From assembly GCF_000195955.2 (NCBI RefSeq), contig NC_000962.3, positions 1,920,001 through 1,952,000 on the forward strand: a stretch of DNA of 32,000 bases, written 5' to 3'. The notes beneath the pieces were generated by a model that saw only the letters and a list, made by a program, of their open reading frames with translations, did not search any database and was not told the DNA's origin. Shown in pieces: positions 24,407 to 32,000 of this stretch; position 1 is the first letter of the stretch, and every line of letters starts with the position of its first letter. The position numbers and the translations under genes were made by a program. The stretch comes from Mycobacterium tuberculosis H37Rv. GTDB taxonomy: Bacteria; Actinomycetota; Actinomycetes; Mycobacteriales; Mycobacteriaceae.

Positions 24407-24756
24407 TGAAACTGACACGAGCGTCGCAGGCCCCCAGGTATGTGGCGCCGGCGCATCACGAGGTGTCCACCATGCGGTTGCAGGGCCGCGAGGCGGGGCG
24501 CACCGAGCGATTCTGGGTGGGGCTGTCGGTCTATCGGCCCGGCGGGACGGCCGAGCCGGCGCCGACCCGGGAGGAGACCGTCTACGTCGTGCTCGACGGC
24601 GAGCTGGTGGTCACCGTCGACGGCGCCGAAACCGTGTTGGGCTGGCTCGACAGCGTGCACCTCGCCAAAGGCGAACTGCGATCGATACACAACCGCACGG
24701 ATCGTCAGGCGCTGCTGCTGGTGACCGTCGCGCACCCGGTTGCCGAGGTGGCGTGA
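24406..24756 (+). CDS. Cupin domain protein (Rv1717-type)
   Basis: TVYVVLDGELVVTVDGAETVLGWLDSVHLAKGELRSIHNRT; starts inside the previous stop (TGATG). Confidence 0.88.
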   Translation: MKLTRASQAPRYVAPAHHEVSTMRLQGREAGRTERFWVGLSVYRPGGTAEPAPTREETVYVVLDGELVVTVDGAETVLGWLDSVHLAKGELRSIHNRTDRQALLLVTVAHPVAEVA

Positions 24757-24765
24757 TGAGCTGCA

Positions 24766-24811
24766 CCGGCGACGATGCAGAGCGAAGCGATGCTGAGGAG
24801 CGGTGCGAATG
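24766..24811. repeat. MIRU-like intergenic sequence, second copy
   Basis: accggcgacgatgcagagcgaagcgatgctgaggagcggtgcgaat(g); begins after the cupin stop and leads into the next ATG; strong match to the scpA/scpB copy. Confidence 0.75.
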
Positions 24812-25627
24812 AGCATCGTCATCACCGTCGCACCCACCGGCCCCATCGCCACCAAGGCCGACAACCCGGCGTTGCCGACGAGCCCCGAGGAAATCGCGAC
24901 AGCCGTCGAGCAGGCCTACCATGCCGGTGCCGCGGTGGCCCACATCCACCTGCGCGACGAAAACGAAAGGCCCACAGCGGATCCGAACATCGCGCGCCGG
25001 GCCATGGACCTCATCGGCGAGCGGTGTCCGATCCTGATCCAGCTGTCCACCGGGGTCGGCTTGACGGTGCCCTTCGAGCAGCGCGAGCAACTGGTCGAGT
25101 TGCGCCCGCGGATGGCCACGCTGAATCCGTGCTCGATGAGCTTCGGCGCGGGCGAATTCCGCAACCCGCCGCAAGCGGTTCGTCGGTTGGCGGCACGCAT
25201 GCGGGAACTGGACATCAAACCGGAACTGGAAATCTATGACACCGGGCATTTGGAGGCGTGCCTGCGACTGTGGGCGGAAGACCTGCTGGCCGAACCCTTG
25301 CAGTTCAGCATCGTGCTCGGGGTTCGGGGCGGAATGGCCGCCACCGCCGATAATCTGCTCACGATGGTGCGCCGGCTGCCCCCCGGGGCGATCTGGCAAG
25401 TCATCGCGATCGGTAAGGCCAACATGGAACTGACCGCCATGGGCCTGGCGCTGGGCGGCAACGCCCGAGTCGGCTTGGAGGACACCTTGTACCTGCGCAA
25501 GGGCGAGCTGGCGCCGAGCAATCTGGCGCTGGTATCGCGCACGATACGTCTCGCCGAAGCCTTGGACCTGCCGATCGCCTCGGTCGAAGAAGCCGAGGCG
25601 GCGCTGCAGCTGCCCGGCACGTCCTGA
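24809..25627 (+). CDS. Beta-keto acid cleavage enzyme (BKACE, DUF849) (Rv1718-type)
   Basis: ITVAPTGPIATKADNPALPTSPEEIA; AAVAHIHLRDENERPTADPNIA; 272 aa. Confidence 0.9.
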   Translation: MSIVITVAPTGPIATKADNPALPTSPEEIATAVEQAYHAGAAVAHIHLRDENERPTADPNIARRAMDLIGERCPILIQLSTGVGLTVPFEQREQLVELRPRMATLNPCSMSFGAGEFRNPPQAVRRLAARMRELDIKPELEIYDTGHLEACLRLWAEDLLAEPLQFSIVLGVRGGMAATADNLLTMVRRLPPGAIWQVIAIGKANMELTAMGLALGGNARVGLEDTLYLRKGELAPSNLALVSRTIRLAEALDLPIASVEEAEAALQLPGTS

Positions 25628-25640
25628 GAGGAGCTCGCTT

Positions 25641-26420
25641 GTGTCCGCCGAAGAGCAGGACACCCGCAGTGGTGGCATCCAGGTGATCGCGCGGGCGGCC
25701 GAACTGCTGCGGGTGCTGCAGGCGCACCCCGGCGGTCTCAGCCAGGCCGAGATCGGCGAGCGGGTGGGCATGGCCCGCTCGACCGTGAGCCGGATCCTCA
25801 ACGCGCTGGAGGACGAGGGGCTGGTGGCCTCGCGCGGGGCCCGGGGACCCTATCGGCTGGGCCCGGAGATCACGCGGATGGCCACCACGGTACGGCTGGG
25901 TGTCGTCACGGAGATGCACCCGTTCTTGACGGAGTTGTCGCGCGAGCTGGACGAGACGGTGGACTTGTCGATCCTGGACGGGGATCGGGCGGACGTCGTG
26001 GACCAGGTCGTGCCGCCGCAGCGGCTGCGGGCCGTGAGCGCGGTGGGGGAGTCGTTTCCGCTGTACTGCTGCGCCAACGGCAAGGCGCTGCTGGCCGCGT
26101 TGCCGCCTGAGCGGCAAGCCCGCGCGCTGCCGAGTCGACTGGCGCCGCTGACGGCGAACACCATCACCGACCGCGCGGCGTTGCGGGACGAGCTCAATCG
26201 CATCCGGGTGGACGGTGTCGCCTACGACCGTGAGGAGCAGACCGAAGGCATCTGCGCGGTGGGCGCGGTGCTACGGGGGGTGTCGGTTGAGTTGGTGGCG
26301 GTGAGTGTGCCGGTGCCCGCGCAGCGGTTCTACGGCCGTGAAGCCGAGTTGGCCGGTGCTCTGCTGGCCTGGGTTTCGAAGGTAGACGCGTGGTTCAACG
26401 GCACTGAGGATCGCAAATGA
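25641..26420 (+). CDS. IclR family transcriptional regulator (Rv1719-type)
   Basis: GTG start; HTH GLSQAEIGERVGMARSTVSRILNALEDEGLV; effector domain ... YCCANGKALLAALP. Confidence 0.94.
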   Translation: MSAEEQDTRSGGIQVIARAAELLRVLQAHPGGLSQAEIGERVGMARSTVSRILNALEDEGLVASRGARGPYRLGPEITRMATTVRLGVVTEMHPFLTELSRELDETVDLSILDGDRADVVDQVVPPQRLRAVSAVGESFPLYCCANGKALLAALPPERQARALPSRLAPLTANTITDRAALRDELNRIRVDGVAYDREEQTEGICAVGAVLRGVSVELVAVSVPVPAQRFYGREAELAGALLAWVSKVDAWFNGTEDRK

Positions 26421-26524
26421 CAGAAGCGTTGTGCGACAAGCTCGTTGGGGCCTGGGACCTGGTGTCCTACGTGGAGCGGGCCGCGGCTTTGGCGTTGGGA
26501 TACCTGGCCTACGGCGGACGGTAG
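26417..26524 (+). pseudogene. Short ORF resembling a collapsed lipocalin-like domain protein
   Basis: ATGA overlap with the IclR stop; MTEALCDKLVGAWDLVSYVERAAALALGYLAYGGR* keeps LVGxWxLVSY and GYLAYxGR with the middle missing. Confidence 0.4.
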
Positions 26525-26612
26525 TTCGTCGACAAGGCGTAGGGCGTGGCCGGGTTTGCAGGCCGGCTGCGGTAGGCTTTCGACCTGCCGCCGGTGGTGT
26601 CGCCGGTGGCAC

Positions 26613-26686
26613 CGGGCTGTGGCGCAGTTTGGTAGCGCACTTGACTGGGGGTCAAGTGGTCGCAGGTTCAAATCCTGTCAGCCCGA
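26613..26686 (+). tRNA. tRNA-Pro, anticodon GGG
   Basis: Acceptor CGGGCTG/CAGCCCG, anticodon arm CTTGA-CTGGGGG-TCAAG, T arm GCAGG-TTCAAAT-CCTGT; CCA not encoded. Confidence 0.95.
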
Positions 26687-26704
26687 CTTACGTTTCCGCA
26701 GGTA

Positions 26705-26723
26705 GACCGCCCTGCTGGCGGTC
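26705..26723 (+). terminator. Possible hairpin terminator after tRNA-Pro
   Basis: GACCGCC-CTGCT-GGCGGTC perfect 7-bp stem, 19 nt after the tRNA; no U-tract. Confidence 0.35.
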
Positions 26724-26841
26724 CTCGGCTGCCGCTGAGGCAGTACCGCCAAGGGGTATGTACAGCAACCGGTACAGCAACCCGGTCAAATCCCCAGAGC
26801 ACCGCTGAGACCTTCCACTGCGGCTCGCGCCGCTTCGTCGC

Positions 26842-26982
26842 TGGTATGACCGCGCCACCGTGCTGGACACCGCCTACCGAGACCACCTCGAGCGGTTCGT
26901 TCGCAAACCACCCGAGCCACCCGCGCTACCGGCCTTCAGCGCGATCAACCCACCACCAAAGGAGGACCAGCCGACTCAATGA
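26842..26982 (+). pseudogene. C-terminal remnant of an integrase/IS-type transposase
   Basis: WYDRATVLDTAYRDHLERFVRKPPEPPALPAFSAINPPPKEDQPTQ* resembles the tail ...VLxxAYxxxPERFVRxPPxPPxLPxxxWINxP... of mycobacterial transposases; no start or catalytic domain. Confidence 0.6.
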
Positions 26983-27029
26983 ATCCCCGAAAATCGTGTC
27001 TCAGAAATGTTGACAGGTTCCGCGGTAGA

Positions 27030-27419
27030 TCAGGCGACAAGCTCGATCTCCGCATTATGGCCATGGGATTGGGCAAGTCGCCCGTCGCAAGTGATAAGCG
27101 GTACGCCGAGGCCCTCGGCGAGGGCGACGTAGGCTCCATCGGCCACGGTATGAGTGGACCGAAGTTGGTAGGCACGCTGGGTGAATGGCTTTAACGGCCA
27201 ACGCCGAACGGGCAGGCTAAGGAAGTTGACAACCACGACGAGTCCTTCATGATCGCTGATCAGCTGACGCACGACCGCTTGACGTATCGCCCCGATCACC
27301 TCGACATCGAAATGTGCAGGGGCGTGCACGGTTTCGCCCCGCAAGCGCCGGGCGACCGCCGCACCCGCCGGCGTCGTGAGCATGAGCTCGACGGCCGCCG
27401 AGGCGTCCAACACGATCAC
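27030..27419 (-). CDS. vapC12: Toxin VapC12, PIN-domain ribonuclease
   Basis: MIVLDASAAVELMLTT; THTVADGAYVALAEGLGVPLITCDGRLA; 129 aa. Confidence 0.93.
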   Translation of the reverse strand: MIVLDASAAVELMLTTPAGAAVARRLRGETVHAPAHFDVEVIGAIRQAVVRQLISDHEGLVVVVNFLSLPVRRWPLKPFTQRAYQLRSTHTVADGAYVALAEGLGVPLITCDGRLAQSHGHNAEIELVA

Positions 27420-27643
27420 TCAGATCGAGCCTCGTCAACAAGCTCGGCTGCGCTCGCGCCGAGATCCCGGCGCGGCAGTGCCGCTAGACGGTCGAGAACG
27501 TCGTCGAGGGCCGGTTCTTCCGCGATCTCGGCAAGCCGTGCTAGGAGGAAATCGCTCAGGCTCATCCGTTGCGCCGCTGCGCGGGCCTTCAGCTCGTGGA
27601 GAAGCTCGTCGGGAACGTTGCGGATCTGAACCATGGCGGACAT
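27416..27643 (-). CDS. vapB12: Antitoxin VapB12
   Basis: MSAMVQIRNVPDELLHELKARAAAQRMSLSDFLLARLAEIAEE; RHH/FitA-like N-terminus; 4-nt overlap with vapC. Confidence 0.92.
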   Translation of the reverse strand: MSAMVQIRNVPDELLHELKARAAAQRMSLSDFLLARLAEIAEEPALDDVLDRLAALPRRDLGASAAELVDEARSE

Positions 27644-27679
27644 GTTGTAAGCATATCGGACATGTGAAACACATGTCCG
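27637..27679 (-). promoter_or_regulatory. Candidate vapBC operator/promoter: perfect palindrome plus extra half site
   Basis: CGGACATGTG-AAA-CACATGTCCG at 27657..27679, with a third CGGACATGT at 27637..27645 over the vapB start; TATGCT -10 on the minus strand at 27650..27655. Confidence 0.7.
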
Positions 27680-27860
27680 GTTGCCGGTGTGACCGGCTGG
27701 GGCGTGTAGGCGTCAACCCACGCCGTGCACGCGGCCATGGGCGGGTGCAGACTTTTGCCATGCAACCATGTGAGCTCACCGCCGTCGCGCTGACCGCAAC
27801 GCCCCCGCCCGCGCCTCCGTCCCTGCGCCGGGCACCGGCGTCGACGTCACCGCGGCTGGC

Positions 27861-29345
27861 GTGATCGTGCCCGCCCGCGAGCCTGAGCCCCAGCCGCGCC
27901 GCGTGCTGAACGGCCTTTCGGACGTACGCGCGTTCTTTCACAACAACACCGTGCCGCTGTACTTCATCTCGCCGACGCCGTTCAACCTGCTGGGCATCTA
28001 TCGCTGGATCCGAAACTTCTTCTACCTGACCTACTACGACTCTTTCGAGGGCGAACATTCGCGCGTGTTCGTGCCCCGGCGGCGCGACCGCAGGGATTTC
28101 GACGGCATGGGGGATGTGTGCAACCACCTGCTGCGTGATCCCGAGACACTCGAGTTCATCAAGAACAGGGGTCCCGGTGGCAAGGCCTGTTTTGTGATGC
28201 TGGACGAAGAGACCCAGGCGCTTGCGCGCCAGGCGGGGCTCGAGGTCATGCACCCCCCGGCGGAGCTGCGTCATCGCCTGGAATCCAAGATCGTCATGAC
28301 GCGCCTGGCCGACGAGGCGGGCGTACCCAGCGTGCCGCACGTGATCGGGCGGGTGAGCTCCTACGACGAATTGTCGGCGCTCGCGCACGGCGCAGGGCTG
28401 GGAGACGACCTCGTCGTCGAGGCCGCCTATGGCAACGCCGGCAGCGCAACGTTCTTTGTGCGCGGATTGCGCGACTGGGACCAGTGCGCCGGTGGCATAG
28501 TGGGGCAGCCGGAAATCAAGGTCATGAAGCGCATCCGCAATGTCGAGGTGTGCATCGAGGCCACCGTGACCCGCCACGGCACCGTGATCGGCCCGGCGAT
28601 GACGAGCCTGGTCGGTTACCCGGAGCTGACTCCGTACCGGGGCGCCTGGTGCGGCAACGATGTTTGGCGTGGGGCGCTACCACCCGCACAGACCCGCGCC
28701 GCGCGAGAGATGGTGGCAAAGCTGGGCGACGTCTTGAGCCGCGAGGGCTACCGCGGCTACTTCGAGGTGGACCTGTTGCACGACCTGGACGCCGACGAGC
28801 TCTACCTCGGCGAGGTGAACCCGCGCCTCTCCGGTGCAAGCCCGATGACGAACCTGACCACCGAGGCCTACGCCGACATGCCACTGTTCCTCTTCCACCT
28901 GCTCGAGTACATGGACGTGGACTACGAGCTGGACATCGAGGCGATCAACTCGCGCTGGGAGCGGGGCTACGGCGAGGACGAGGTCTGGGGTCAGCTGATC
29001 ATGTCGGAGACCTCGCCGGACCTCGAGCTCTTCACCGCGACCCCACGCACCGGGATGTGGCGCCTGAACCACGACGGGCGCGTCTCCTTTGCCCGCCAGG
29101 GCAACGACTGGGCCACGATGCTCGACGAGTCCGAGGCCTTCTACATGCGGGTCGCCGCACCGGGCGACCTACGCTGCGAGGGCGCCCAACTCGGTGTGTT
29201 GGTCACCCGCGGGCACCTGCAGACCGACGACTACCAGCTCACCGAGCGCGGCCGGCGCTGGATCGACGGCCTCAAGGCGCAGTTCGCCTCGACGCCGCTG
29301 ACGCCCGCCGCCCCGATCGTCTCGCGGCTCGTCGCACGGGCGTGA
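27861..29345 (+). CDS. ATP-grasp domain protein (Rv1722-type, often annotated as possible carboxylase)
   Basis: LVVEAAYGNAGSATFFV, YFEVDLLHDLDADELYLGEVNPRLSGASPMTNLTTEAYADMPLFLFHLLEY; GTG is the first start after an in-frame stop at 27771. Confidence 0.88.
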   Translation: MIVPAREPEPQPRRVLNGLSDVRAFFHNNTVPLYFISPTPFNLLGIYRWIRNFFYLTYYDSFEGEHSRVFVPRRRDRRDFDGMGDVCNHLLRDPETLEFIKNRGPGGKACFVMLDEETQALARQAGLEVMHPPAELRHRLESKIVMTRLADEAGVPSVPHVIGRVSSYDELSALAHGAGLGDDLVVEAAYGNAGSATFFVRGLRDWDQCAGGIVGQPEIKVMKRIRNVEVCIEATVTRHGTVIGPAMTSLVGYPELTPYRGAWCGNDVWRGALPPAQTRAAREMVAKLGDVLSREGYRGYFEVDLLHDLDADELYLGEVNPRLSGASPMTNLTTEAYADMPLFLFHLLEYMDVDYELDIEAINSRWERGYGEDEVWGQLIMSETSPDLELFTATPRTGMWRLNHDGRVSFARQGNDWATMLDESEAFYMRVAAPGDLRCEGAQLGVLVTRGHLQTDDYQLTERGRRWIDGLKAQFASTPLTPAAPIVSRLVARA

Positions 29346-30589
29346 GCGGCGGCGTCCCGGCCGGTCTCGCACTGGACAACTGGCTGTCGTCGCCGTATTC
29401 GCATTGGGCATTCCAGCACGTCGAAGACTTCATGCCGACCACGGTCATCGCGCGCGGCACCGAGCCGGTCGTGACGTTGCCCGCGGACAATGCGCCGATC
29501 GCCGACATCGGCTTGACCAGCACGGACGGGATCGCCACCACCGTGGGCGCGGTGATGGCCGCCACCGCTACCGACGGGTGGGCGGTCGCGCATCGCGGTG
29601 CGCTGGTGGCCGAGCAGTACCTCGACGGCCTGGGACCCCGGACCCGCCACCTGCTGTTCTCGGTGAGCAAGTCGCTGGTGGCGGCTGTGGTCGGCGCGCT
29701 GCACGGGGCCGGGGCGATCGAGCTTGACGCGCCGGTCACGGCGTACGTGCCCGCCTTGGCGGACTGCGGCTACGCCGGTGCGACGGTGCGCCACCTGCTG
29801 GACATGCGATCGGGTGTCGCCTTCTCGGAGAACTACGACGACCCGGCCGCCGAGATTCACGTGCGCGAGCAGGTGATCGGGTGGGCGCCCAAGCGCGGTC
29901 CGGACCTGCCCGCCACGCTGCGCGACTACCTGCTGACCTTGCGGCGGAAGTCGGCGCACGGCGGCCCGTTCGAATATCGCTCGTGTGAAACCGACGTCCT
30001 CGGCTGGATCTGCGAGGCCGCGGCCGGACAGCCGATGCCCGAACTGATGTCGGAACTACTGTGGAGCCGCATCGGGGCCCAGTGCGATGCCACCATCGCC
30101 CTAGACGTAGCCGGCGCGGCGGGCACCGGAATATTCGACGGCGGCATCAGCGCCTGTCTGACCGACATGATCCGGTTCGGGTCGCTGTACCTGCGCGACG
30201 GTGTCTCGTTGGCCGGCCAGCAAGTGGTGCCCGCGGCCTGGATCGCCGACACCTTCGACGGCGGCCCCGACTCGCGTCAGGCGTTCGCCGCCAGCCCCGA
30301 CGACAACCCGATGCCCGGCGGGATGTACCGCAACCAAGTGTGGTTTCCCTACCCGGGCAGCAATGTCGCGTTGTGCGTGGGCATGTGCGGCCAGCTGATC
30401 TACGTCAACCGCGCCGCGGAGGTGGTCGCCGCCAAGCTGTCCACCCAGCCGCACTCCCATGAGCCGCACATGTTAGACACCCTGCGCGCATTCGATGCGG
30501 TGGCACACGAATTGTCAGGAATCAGATCGAGTTCGACCAACGACCCGCAGCGGCCTTCCCCGCCAGCCCAGGAGGCCAGTCCGGGGTAA
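29342..30589 (+). CDS. Beta-lactamase/class C serine hydrolase family protein (Rv1723-type)
   Basis: GTG start inside preceding stop (GTGA); LLFSVSKSLVAAVVGAL (SxxK), VTAYVPALADCGYAGATVRHLLDMRSGVAFSENYDD; 415 aa. Confidence 0.92.
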   Translation: MSGGVPAGLALDNWLSSPYSHWAFQHVEDFMPTTVIARGTEPVVTLPADNAPIADIGLTSTDGIATTVGAVMAATATDGWAVAHRGALVAEQYLDGLGPRTRHLLFSVSKSLVAAVVGALHGAGAIELDAPVTAYVPALADCGYAGATVRHLLDMRSGVAFSENYDDPAAEIHVREQVIGWAPKRGPDLPATLRDYLLTLRRKSAHGGPFEYRSCETDVLGWICEAAAGQPMPELMSELLWSRIGAQCDATIALDVAGAAGTGIFDGGISACLTDMIRFGSLYLRDGVSLAGQQVVPAAWIADTFDGGPDSRQAFAASPDDNPMPGGMYRNQVWFPYPGSNVALCVGMCGQLIYVNRAAEVVAAKLSTQPHSHEPHMLDTLRAFDAVAHELSGIRSSSTNDPQRPSPPAQEASPG

Positions 30590-30631
30590 CGGCTTGTGCC
30601 CACGTAACCGAGTTCCAGGGCGATGGGCTTA

Positions 30632-31051
30632 TTAGCGGAAATATGACTCGTCCCAGGTATCCATACGACGCTTGCGTACCTCGGCGAGCTTGTGGTCAAG
30701 CGCCGCCTGCTCATTTTCGATGGCACGACCGGCGTTTCTCACGGCGTTGTAGACGGCATCGTCCAGTTTGCATAGATCCTTTGCGGACACGTCGGTCGAT
30801 ACGAAAACCGAGAACCGAATACGGTCGTCGAGCAGCGAAATGTCGATCTTTGGTGATGGTTTGAGTTGGCGCTGGAAGTGTTTGGCTAGTGCTTGGATCC
30901 AATACTTTGGCCAATGCGGCACCGGTCTCAGATCGTAGACGATGATGGCTTGCTCGCCGTTGTAGACGCCGATGGGCGCTTCCGCTCGGCTGAAGCATGG
31001 TCGCCGCAGGTTCCGCAGGTCCTGGAGTTCGTTCTCTTCATTACCCACCAT
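30632..31051 (-). CDS. Hypothetical protein (Rv1724c-type)
   Basis: 139 aa ORF with lower-GC, non-repetitive composition, overlapping the end of the next upstream gene; no domain recognised. Confidence 0.6.
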   Translation of the reverse strand: MVGNEENELQDLRNLRRPCFSRAEAPIGVYNGEQAIIVYDLRPVPHWPKYWIQALAKHFQRQLKPSPKIDISLLDDRIRFSVFVSTDVSAKDLCKLDDAVYNAVRNAGRAIENEQAALDHKLAEVRKRRMDTWDESYFR

Positions 31052-31751
31052 GAGCCTCCGGCATCTGGTCTACGGACACCACGGCTTGCCGCATGGCTGG
31101 GGCGAAGGGACTCCAAGCCATCCAGGATGGGAACGCGCGCCGCATCGCCGGCAGGCCGTCCAGTTCGATGCGCTCGGCGGAGATCTCGGCGGCCAGTGTG
31201 CTGCGGCCGCTGTAGACCCGATACAGATCTCGAGGATGGCCGCGCACCGTGAGGTCGACAGGTAGGCATGGATCGTGCAGGCACACCGAGATGTCCCCAG
31301 GTTCCAACACGAGCCAGGCCCACAGTGGCCGCTCGCCGTGGTAGCGGAACTCCACCACCACCCGCCGGCCGGGAAGGGCCTCGGTGTTGACGCGCCGGGA
31401 GATCCACAACGTGAGTAGTTCGGGGTCGCATTCGGCGGGAGTGGGGTCGGCCATCAACCAACGGGAGACCCAGTCCCCCAGGGTCTGCAGCACGGGGCGT
31501 AGCTCCTCGCCGGCCACCGTGAACCGATAGCCCCCGCCCGTGTGTTCGGGGACCGCTTCGATGATGCGGTCGTGCTGAAGTCGGCGTAGCCGCTGGGCCA
31601 GCACCGAGCGGGAGATGCCGGGCAGGCCCCGCTCGATTTCGGTGAACCGCAGCGGGCCGAAGAGCAGCTCCCGCACGATTAGCAGCGTCCAGCGGTCCCC
31701 CAGCAGCTCCGCCGCCCGCGCTACCGGGCAGTACTGGCCGTACGGCTGCAC
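31041..31751 (-). CDS. HxlR-type winged-helix transcriptional regulator (Rv1725c-type)
   Basis: CPVARAAELLGDRWTLLIVRELLFGPLRFTEIERGLPGISRSVLAQRLRRLQHDRIIEA. Confidence 0.93.
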   Translation of the reverse strand: MQPYGQYCPVARAAELLGDRWTLLIVRELLFGPLRFTEIERGLPGISRSVLAQRLRRLQHDRIIEAVPEHTGGGYRFTVAGEELRPVLQTLGDWVSRWLMADPTPAECDPELLTLWISRRVNTEALPGRRVVVEFRYHGERPLWAWLVLEPGDISVCLHDPCLPVDLTVRGHPRDLYRVYSGRSTLAAEISAERIELDGLPAMRRAFPSWMAWSPFAPAMRQAVVSVDQMPEAHGG

Positions 31752-31851
31752 GACACCAGGCTAGTCGCCATCCCTGGCTGCGTGGTTCGGAATTCGAACT
31801 TCCCGCACCCCCTGTGGGAGGCGTAACGCTTGGTGCTGGAGGTGAGAGGCG

Positions 31852-32000
31852 ATGACCGCGACGCTGACCAAGACGCTGGGTTCCCTCGACGATTTCAGGG
31901 GAACGCTTTGTGTCCCCGGTGATCCGGACTACCCCAGGGTGCGGGCCATCTGGAACGGGCAGGTGGCCCGCGAACCGGCCTTGATCGCCACGTGCCACGA
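31852..32000 (+). CDS. Start of FAD-linked oxidase family protein (Rv1726-type), 3' end outside window
   Basis: GGAGG upstream of ATG; MTATLTKTLGSLDDFRGTLCVPGDPDYPRVRAIWNGQVAREPALIATCH resembles N-termini of BBE/FAD_binding_4 oxidases. Confidence 0.75.
   Translation, partial: MTATLTKTLGSLDDFRGTLCVPGDPDYPRVRAIWNGQVAREPALIATCH

Noticed and set aside
27435-28577. 380-aa minus-strand ORF over vapB12 and the ATP-grasp gene
   Set aside because: Opposes ATP-grasp coding sequence and crosses the vapB12 gene and its operator; likely shadow.
28484-29341. Upstream portion of the 701-aa ORF containing the beta-lactamase-family gene
   Set aside because: It overlaps ATP-grasp coding in another frame; the GTG at 29342 starts the homologous protein.
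30928-31998. 356-aa minus-strand ORF overlapping the HxlR regulator
   Set aside because: Off-frame reading; the HxlR domain lies in the 31041..31751 frame and a plus-strand oxidase begins at 31852.

Overview
This window is high-GC mycobacterial chromosome. From gene order and protein lengths it matches the Mycobacterium tuberculosis complex recN (Rv1696) to Rv1726 region. That assignment is from memory of the locus, not a database search. Order: recN (5' truncated), SteA-like (Rv1697), mctB, pyrG, NUDIX hydrolase, xerD, 13E12-family HNH protein (Rv1702c), O-methyltransferase, cycA-like permease, PPE22, PPE23, a region of short ORFs and a decayed MFS gene, SulP transporter, parA-like/scpA/scpB/rluB/cmk/der in a run of 4-nt overlaps, a catabolic-looking cluster (SDR, fadB3-like, cyclase, cupin, BKACE, IclR), tRNA-Pro(GGG), a transposase remnant, vapBC12, an ATP-grasp plus beta-lactamase-fold pair, a hypothetical gene, an HxlR-type regulator, and the start of an FAD-linked oxidase. 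I found no CRISPR array, intact prophage or obvious new defence system. The more interesting signals are smaller: a strong palindromic operator candidate at vapBC12 next to a tRNA-Pro gene; a copper-type TACCC/GGGTA palindrome upstream of two tiny ORFs; a LexA-like box over the start of the 13E12 gene; two MIRU-like sequences at gene junctions; several unannotated gene remnants (SNF2-like, MFS, lipocalin-like, transposase); a probable non-homologous tail on cycA overlapping the N-terminus of the methyltransferase; and two metabolic clusters of unassigned function.
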